Part shown: positions 54,241 through 64,000 of the stretch, in pieces
How positions within the stretch are numbered: the stretch's first letter is position 1
How the letters are laid out: each line of letters begins with the position of its first letter
Assembly: GCA_050613775.1 (NCBI GenBank)
Contig: JBODTK010000015.1
Span: forward strand, 1,302,001-1,366,000
DNA: 64,000 bases
Reading direction: 5' to 3'
Origin: Neocallimastix sp. 'constans'
Taxonomy: Eukaryota
Program-made: the position numbers and the translations under genes
The notes under the pieces: generated by a model
What the model saw: only the letters and a program-made list of their open reading frames with translations
The model's database searches: none
What the model was told of the DNA's origin: nothing

Positions 54241-56159
54241 TAACTATATTTATATAATTAATATAAATTGTTAATATAAAAAATAATTTTATTTATTAAT
54301 CATTAACCATTTTTGTATAATTAAATTATTAATTATGAAATATCCATTATTAATTATGAGTTATAAATTATTAATTATTAATTAGTATGACTTATGCTTA
54401 TGAGTTGCAATTTAAAATAAAGAACAGTGTATATGATGCATATTCTAATCATGTAAATGGAAAAAAAAATAAAATACCTCTTGGGTAAAATGCTATTTTA
54501 AATACAAAATAAAAAAAAAAAAAGAGAGTAATAAAGATAACAGAGAGATAAAATGAAAATATCGATAATGATAATAATAATGAATAATAATGGAATAACC
54601 GAAAAAAAAAAAAGATAATATTTAAAGTAGACACTTTCATCAAATATACAATTGTCTCTTAACCAACTTCAATTAAAATCAATATAACAATAATAATAAT
54701 GATGCTATATATATTTATAATAAATGCATATAATTCATTATTATTGTTAGACAGCGATTAACAATGATTAATAAATAAAAATGTTTGTTTTTTATTTATT
54801 TAATATTATATATATATAGTAATAGTTACTTTATATACTTTTAGTTATTTTATAGTAAGAATTATTTTATTGTTCTTGCTATTTCGTAGTTTTAATAATT
54901 TCATAGTTTAATAATAGTTTATTTATATATAAGAGAAATGAATAACCTTACCAATTTCCACTTTCCACTTCTTTGGTTTAATAAATCTAAGCAAAAATTG
55001 TGATTTCCTTAACTTTAACCAAAATTTCTAAATTTGTAAATCGAAATTTTTAACTCTAAAAAAAAAAAAAAAAAATTTTTTTTTTCAATTAATTATATTA
55101 TATAAACTAAATAAAAATAAAAATAAAAATAAAATATAAATATTATAAAGTAATAATGTTATACATAAAATTTACTTAATTTTAAATTTTATTTTTTAAA
55201 AATTTTATATTTTTAAGAGGTTTAATTTTTATTATTTATGAATTAACAATAATTTATGAGTTAACAAAAATATATATATTTTATCTTTACAATATATTAT
55301 ATATTGTAGATTATATATTGAATTGTGTTATGAATAATCTAAAAAAAAAATATATATATTATTTCAATTTTAAATAGAAAAAATTTCATGTTTACTATTC
55401 TAATATATACACATATATAATTTATATTTAATATTAGTAATTCAATATATTTTTTAATTTTTAAATCTATTTAGAATTTATTTGAAATAAAATTTGTATT
55501 TAATTTTTTTTTTATACAAGAAATGAAACGAAATTTCATATAAAATAAACTTTGTATTGATACTGTCTATTAGCCAATGAAATTTAAGCAAATGGATTTA
55601 ATTTTTTTGAAGTAAATTAAAAATCTGTTCTTATTATTGGATAATGCCATTTATTTATTTATTTTCCATTGCAATTATAATTATAATTATATATAATTAT
55701 ATATAATATTTAGTTAACGAACACAGATAGAAAGTATTAATAAATTTTATATGATAAAAAAAAATTAAAATAATAAAATAAAATATATTTTATTTTATCT
55801 TATATAAAGGTAATTTTAAATTGTAATAAGCGTTGAAAATAAAGATATATTTAAAGATTGTTGTCCATACCTTTGCTATAATAGAATTAAAAAGAATATA
55901 TTTTATTTAAATATAAGGGATACCGAGGACTAGTAAGGTATAGCTTTAACAAAAATTAGATGAAAATAAAATAAAAAGTTTTATATAATTTTAAATAATA
56001 AATAATTTTATTTTCTTTATTATTTTAATATTTATTCAATTAGATGGAAATTTACTAAAAAAAGTAAAAAAAAAGCTATTAAAATTTTTAATTATAACTA
56101 AAAATAGTCAAATAATTATTAAATTTTAATTAATAATAAATCATTATTAACTCTCGTAC

Positions 56160-56234
<75 letters not shown>

Positions 56235-56480
56235 ACAAATAAATGGAATTGAAATTAGTAGAATAAAGAAATAAAAAAAAAAAAATATATTTATTTATAT
56301 AGTAAAGATATTAAGCAAATATTTATATAATTTAATTATAAATATGTTATTTATTTTCTTTCTCTTGTTATTTTAAGTATTGCTGTTGTGAATGGCTTTA
56401 TTTTTATTTTTATTTTAGTTTTTATTTTTATTTCTATTTCTTTTAATCAATTAATCAATAAATTGATTTGGTTAATTAAT

Positions 56481-56533
<53 letters not shown>

Positions 56534-57118
56534 TTCAATTTTCTTTTTTCGTTCTAATTAAAAAGAAATGAATTACGTATTCTTATTTTATTTTATTTTA
56601 TTTTTTAAGTTTTCGATGCATTTTAATGATGTAACAAGTAAAGTATAAATAAAATGTCTTAAATAAATAAAAAAACACTTCTAAATAATAACTATAATAA
56701 CTTTGATTTTATATTATTAGTATTATTACTAATATTATTATTATGAATTAGTATTAATTGTTATATATCTCAAATTATTGAATAATTTGCATTAATGAAA
56801 TTAAAATACAGAATTTTTATACCATCATTAATACAATTAAAATCAATAGTTCTGTATTTTTTATTTAATATATATATATATGTTTATTATTATTAATATT
56901 ATTTTTAGATAATATAAAATTTAAAACTATATAACAAAAATAAGAAAAATCGAATTCAATACATGATGTATAAACAAACCATTTATTTATTTTTTTTTTT
57001 AAACAAAATTTAAATTATCTTCTATTTAAAAAAGAAATTCACAAAAAACAATATCAAGAAAATAAGTAAATAAATAAACAATAGTAATAATATTGATAGT
57101 ATTAATAGTAGTTAATAG

Positions 57119-57279
<161 letters not shown>

Positions 57280-58134
57280 GAATTGAAAAAAATAAACTTA
57301 AAATTATGTATAAATTTTGAAAAATGAGGCTTTGGAAAAAAAGACTGTACACAAACCGAATTTTTTGTTAAAATAAATTGAATAAGCTTTTTTTAATTAA
57401 TTAATTAATAAATAAATAAATAAATAGATAAATAAATAAATAGATAAATAAATAAATAAAAGAATAAATAAAAGAATAAATAAATTATAAAATTTTAATT
57501 AGTATTTTTTTTTTTTTTTAAAAAAAAGGCAAAGTTTATCTTAGAGTGAATGCCTTTATTTTAGTAATCATATTTACTAATTAAAAATTATTGTTACAAT
57601 GCTACTACTACTACTTCTACTACTACTAATAATAATTTTACATGTAATAAAAATAGTAATACGAATAAACATAATAATAGTAGTAATTACTACTCAACTA
57701 CAATTAATAATAATAATAGATAATAGTTTTTTTTATATTGATTATTTACCATTAAACTATTATTAAATATATTTAAGAGCCATAGTCCTATTAAGTTTTT
57801 TAAAGTTTTTTTAGTTCGATAGATTAAAAAGTAAAAACTATAAGAAAAAAAAAAAGTTTTTTATAAATCGTTTATTTATAATTAATCTTTGAATAATCAC
57901 CCTAAAATACTAAATAAAATATATTTATAAACAGGTTACTATTGTTCTCTTTTAATGAATTTTATATATTTAAATTTTTAATATTTTATGTAAATGTACG
58001 AAATTATGAAATGTATTGAAAATGTAGTAGACTAAATATATTAGTATTATTATATTTAATGTTTATTATTAGTAGACCAAATTTAATAATAAATGAATAA
58101 ATGAATGAGTAATAAATAATTGATGAATAAATTA

Positions 58135-58400
58135 ATAATAAATAATAAATAAATAATAAATAAATAATAAATAAATAATAAATAATAAATAATAAATAAT
58201 AAATAATAAATAATAAATAATAAATAATAAATAATAAATAATAAATAATAAATAATAAATAATAAATAATAAATAATAAATAATAAATAATAAATAATAA
58301 ATAATAAATAATAAATAATAAATAATAAATAATAAATAATAAATAATAAATAATAAATAATAAATAATAAATAATAAATAATAAATAATAAATAATAAAT
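58135..58400. repeat. (AATAAAT)n heptamer array
   Basis: Near-perfect 7-bp periodicity; a degenerate array also lies at ~59305-59530. Confidence 0.92.
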
Positions 58401-59975
58401 GAATAAATTAATAATAATAAATAATAGATGAATAAATTAATAATAAATAAATAATGGTAAACAATAGTATATAAATTATAAATAATATAATAAATTAAAT
58501 AAAAAAAAGAATGTACCAAATAAGAAAATTTTATTTATTACAAAAGTACAAATAGCACAAAGTACAAAAAAGTTTATTTATTAATAAAAATGCTTTCCGC
58601 TAATACAATACATTAATACAAATAATTTCAGAAAATGTAATAAACAAATACATTTCAAATTAAAAAAACTATGATAAAATTACCAAATTTAATATATATT
58701 TCACTAATCTATTAAATTATGTTCAAAGTATTATATTATGAAGATATTAATTTTAAAAATAAAAAAGTTTAAAATATATCAAAAATATTATATAAATATC
58801 AAAAGAGTTTGTTAATGGTTTTTATTTACATAATTATTAAAGTTTGAACCTTCAATAATCCATTACTATTATTAAATATTAAAATGAATATACTTTAATT
58901 TATTGATATTATTAAATATAAATGTTAATATATAATATTTATTATATTAATAATAAAATGTGATTGAAAATATTATTAAATAAAAATTAAATATTAATAA
59001 ATTAATTATTAAATAGAAATTGAATTCAATAAAAGAAGTCTATATAATATTAAATAGAAATATATATGATCAATAGAATCCATAGAATAAACTATAGAAG
59101 AATACTAAAATAAACTAAAAAAAAAAAATATAAACTGATGATGAAAAGTGAAAAAGAAAATATTATTAAATGTATACCATCATATATTAACTTATACAAT
59201 AATATAATATATCATTGTAATATAATATATCAATATAAATTAATATATCAATATAAAATAAAATATTAATATAATATATTAATGAAATATAATATATTAA
59301 TATAATATAATAAATAATAAATAATAAATAATAAATAATAAATAATAAATAATTAAATAATAAATAATAAATAATTAAATAATTAAATAATTAAATAATA
59401 AATAATAAATAATTGAATAATAAAAATAAATAATAAATAATAAATAATTAAATAATTAAATAATAAATAATAAATAATTGAATAATAAATAATAAATAAT
59501 AAATAATAAATAATAAATAATAAATAAACAAATAAATAATATAAGAATACATACATAAATAAATAAATAAATAAATAAATATACAAACAAACAAATTCGA
59601 TGGTCAATTGAATACTGACAGACATTTTTGGAATGAAACAATAAAATAAAAATTAAATAAAATATAATTAAATTTAATTAAATAATATTTAAATATAATA
59701 AAAGAAATTACAAAAAAAAAAAAAAAAGATTACAATTAAAATTTAAAAATGTTTTATAACATTTAAAATATTTAATTTTAAATGTGAAATGACTTTCATT
59801 ACTTATGATTAATTTTTTTTTATTTTGTATTCTTTATTATTTTAAATAGATGTCAATATAATTAATGTATATAAGAGATTGTATAAAAAATTAATATAAG
59901 AAAAATATGATAAATATATCCTATGTAATTTTTTTTTAAATTAAGTTAATATTAGAGGTGTCTTTTTTTGTTTAA

Positions 59976-60026
<51 letters not shown>

Positions 60027-60948
60027 GTAAGTAAATAAATAAATAACAATAAAAATGCATTATTTTTTTGAAAAAATACAGAAAATTCATTTTTTATTTT
60101 ATTAAACTTTATTTATTATATTTTTAATTTAAAGTTAATCATCTATTGAAATATTAATAAATCTTTTATGAAATAATATAGATATAATATATTTATATTA
60201 TATATATATTAATATATATTAAAATTTCAGAATAATAAATACAAAAATTTTTTGAATTATACCGTTAATGAAAATTAATGAAAAGGGTGTGTTTTTTTAT
60301 TTATTTATTTATTTTATTATTTATTATTTATTGTTCATTATTTATTATTTATTATTCATTATATTAATAATTAATTAAATTACAATATAATCTAATTAAA
60401 AGAAAAATCATATATTAATATATTATTAATATTATTCTTCATTTTTATTGGTTGATTTTGGATGGAAATTTTAAAAAAATGTTTTATTTATTTATTTATT
60501 TATTTTTTTTTTTTTTAATTTTTATTAGGTCTTGCAATATTATAAATTTTTTTCAATTTTTTTTTTTCTTTTAAATTAAGAAAGGGAAGAAAAGATTGAT
60601 TAAAAAAAAAGAAAAGTGATAAAAATATTAATTTTAAAAAAAAAATAAATATTAATATCTTTAAATAATATTTTATTTAATAGTTAATTTTTATTGTATT
60701 ATATTTAATTTTTTGTTAAATTATTTATTTAATTATATATTATTTTCAATTTCTACAGTATACTAATTATATATAAAAATAAATAAAGCCTTGTTCAATT
60801 ATTTTTATATATATTAATATAAATCAGTAACATTATATTTTATTAACAAACAAATAAATAAATTTGATTAAAAAAAGTAAAATAAAAATATTTTTCCCAC
60901 TTATTTAATTGATATTTATAATAGAAAAAAAAAATTTATTTATTAAAA

Positions 60949-62363
60949 ATGAATAGAGTTAAATCTATCCTTTCAATAATATCTATAGTTTTGTTAAGTT
61001 CATCTATTGTTACTGCAGGTATATATTTCAATAAATAAAAAGTATATATTATATAGAAACAAGAAAATATTTATTTATTTATTAATAGTTAATATGTGAA
61101 TAAAGTATCAACAAATCCACTTTAAATAATATTTATATTTAATATAATATTTCATTAATGAATATTATTTAAATATATGAGAATATCTAAATATTTTTTA
61201 TAAATAAAAAAAGAGTAATAATAATAATAAATAAGTTATTGTTGATAAATTTTTAAATTATAATTTCTCTTAATGTTATTTATTTATTTATTTATTAAAA
61301 GATTGCTTTAATAAAATATTTGAGATATTAATAATTATTTGTTTATTATAATTTAAATAAATTATAGAAAGAATACTTCATATACATATAAACGATGAAA
61401 GTAATGAAAATTCAATTTTAAATGGTTATGAAATGAATTTCAAAGCTGATGATGAAAATGTTAAAACTTTAGAAAGTAATCCAGTTTCCGAAAAAGCTGT
61501 TGTAGATGCAGTAAACAATGATTCTATGAATATATCAGATATTAATGATAATAGTGGTAGTGGTGCCAGTACTGCATTTTTCCTTATTCCCGTTTTAGCC
61601 ATGTTTTGTATATATGCTGTTGCATCTATTGGTTTTTTAGTTAAGAAACAGAAAAAGGCAAAGTTAAGACCTAAAAGAAAATCTTTACATTTTGAAGATG
61701 ATGATGAATTATCTAAAATCTTAATTCAAACTAAACCAGCTGCTACTGCTGTTGGTCCAGATTCATTTACTGTCAGAAGTATTACACAAGAAAAGAGCAT
61801 TGGCAAAAGTATTACAAATAAGTTTTTGAGTAAGAAGGAAAATTCTTTCCTTCCAATTAATCATGCATATAAGGCTACTTTACCATGGAGTCCAAAACAT
61901 TTAGATGAAATTACTTTAAAGGTTGGAGATATAGTCTGTATTAAGGTAAATTTTATTGAAAAAAAATTATTTATATCTTATTGAAATTATAAATAATATA
62001 GTTTTTTTTTTTTAAAAGAAAATTAATGAAAAAAAAAAAGAAATTAAAGATAAAATAAAAATAATTAAAAAATAAATTCGTTAGTATGTAAAGATAAATA
62101 TAAATATATAAATATTATAATTATTAATATATATTTTTTATTATTTGATGAATAATAAAATTTAGAAATGTTATTCAGATGGTTATTCCTATGGTCGTAA
62201 CGTAACTAACAGAGTTGATGGTATATTTCCAACTTGTTGTCTTTCTTCAATGGATGAATCTATTGATCAAGGAGCTATTCAGGATTGGGTAAATTATGGA
62301 ATGGCTTCCTATAAGAAGAGAACTACTTCACTTTATTTAAATGATATCACTTATAAGCTTTAA
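60949..62363 (+). CDS. Type I single-pass membrane protein with a cytosolic SH3 domain; exons 60949-61018, 61368-61945, 62166-62363
   Basis: Signal peptide MNRVKSILSIISIVLLSSSIVTA. TM helix AFFLIPVLAMFCIYAVASIGFLV followed by KKQKK. SH3 YKATLPWSPKHLDEITLKVGDIVCIKKCYSDGYSYGRN...GIFPTCCL. Confidence 0.82.
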
Positions 62364-63280
62364 GTGGTTTTTTTATTGATATAAGCAATTTAAGTTCTTT
62401 TCTTAAAGAATTTGAAATTAAAAAAAAAAGAGAAAAAAAAAAAAGAAAAAAAAAAGAATATAAATTTTTATTTTTTTAAATTTATATTTATTTTTATAAA
62501 ATATATAACTTAACCGAATATCTCCTTTTTCTTTTTATTTTTTTTTTTATTTATTTTTTTTATTGTAAAAATATTTTAGTCATATTTTTATTTTATCAAA
62601 ATTTTTTTTTAAAAATAGCAAATTGAATATAAACTATATCCTAATTTTATAAAATTATTACTTTTCTATCTTTTTTTTTTTTTTTTTTTTTTTTATTATT
62701 TTTTTTTTATATATATATTTTAATTTAATAATTGATTTTTTAAAAATACAAATTTTTATTATTATTATTCAATATAATAATAAAATGAAAGTATAATATA
62801 TATAGATTAAGAATATTATTAAATATAAATTATAAAAATAAATAAAAGAAAGTTATTATCACATTAAAAATTTATATATATATATATATAAAGAAGAAGA
62901 AAATGATAAGATAAAATTTTATAGAATTATAAATAATATCAGCAATAAAAAAGTAGAAGTATTAATATATAGATATTCTTTATTTTTTTTTTATTGTTTT
63001 TTTTTTTTTTATATTTTAATTCTTTTATATTAATAATATATATATATTTTATAACTAATTCAGTAAATATTATTTTTTTATTTTTTATAAATTTATTTAA
63101 GTTAAAATATAAATTTTATTTTTTATATTAATATTTATATAAAATTCTACCTATTTATTACCCCTATTAAAATATATTATAAAATAAATAATAAAAACAA
63201 ATAAAATAAACAAAAAAAAAAAAAAAAAAAAAAAAAGATACGAAATAGTAATTAATTAAATAGGATATTTAGTTTTATAT

Positions 63281-63312
<32 letters not shown>

Positions 63313-63329
63313 AAAATAAAAAAATATTG

Positions 63330-63822
63330 TTTTAAACTGGATAAGTGGTAACATTGGAGTTGCATAATTAATAATACCATGTAATTTTACTTTAGCATTA
63401 TGAAAATATTAGTATCGTTACTAATAATGTGTTGGTGAATAGGTCAATTTAGTGAAAATAGTGTTAATATTGAAGTGATAGTAAAAATAATAATTTTATT
63501 TTTTATTTTTTTTATTTTTAATTTCAAATGAACTTTTTCCAGGTCCATGGAGGGTTGATGGAAAAGGAATAACCTATATCAGGTGTACTAATTACAGCTT
63601 TCTGTGATTCTGATGATAATCAATGGTTGTCCTTTCTAAAGTGGCTTCTAGTACGAAGAGAGAAATCTGGAATACTGGAAGACTGTAGAAAGTGAACTTG
63701 ACGTTCTATAATGTCTTAAACTGGATATGTAGTAACATTGGAGTTGTATAATTAATAATATCATGTAGTTTCTACATATTATCATTGTAATGAATCTATT
63801 GTATTTTTTACTTTAGCATTAT
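63330..63822. repeat. Pair of diverged direct repeats flanking a GC-richer block; probable transposon relic
   Basis: TTAAACTGGATA.GT.GTAACATTGGAGTTG.ATAATTAATAATA.CATGTA..TTTACTTTAGCATTA at about 63332 and 63716. Confidence 0.5.
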
Positions 63823-64000
63823 TTTGTATATGTTTTTTTCTATAGTATTATTTATACTCTCATGTAGCTATTGTAAAATGGAAATGTAGGAGATTGATTC
63901 ACTCCAAAGCTTATGTTTGAGACATTATTTTACGGATGGGAATCTTTTTATAGTTTTTCACAACTATTATTTCATTAACATTTAAATTTTATATTATATA

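Noticed and set aside
55915..55945. GC-richer island with CTAG, a possible Helitron 3' end
   Set aside because: No GC-rich hairpin at the expected distance upstream of CTAG and no second copy in the window.

Overview
An extremely AT-rich, intron-rich fungal window. The composition and gene style suggest an anaerobic gut fungus (Neocallimastigomycota); this is inferred, not shown. Six spliced host genes can be reconstructed by hand: RPL11, a Bem3-like PX-PH-RhoGAP, a Cue5-like CUE protein, SDE2, an Asn-rich makorin-like RING/C3H protein and a single-pass SH3 membrane protein. They sit among microsatellites, decayed LINEs, a Mutator transposase relic and Copia remnants. The standout is a young, nearly intact Ty1/Copia element (32401-38518) with three unusual traits together: a Ty1-style +1 frameshift heptamer (CCG-AGG-C) in the gag/pol overlap, a primer-binding site matching the anticodon arm of tRNA-Lys(CUU) (half-tRNA priming), and TG...AA termini with a perfect 5-bp TSD. 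It also has a ~550-aa Asn-rich, repeat-containing linker between integrase and RT. Other notable signals are a strand-specific ~22-bp long-range helix in RPL11 intron 1, a micro-inversion that flips the RT catalytic motif of a LINE relic, terminal hairpins on stacked LINE 3' ends, and an intronless segment with kinase- and phosphatase-like motifs that may be an endogenous giant-virus fragment. All calls are from manual reading; no searches were run.
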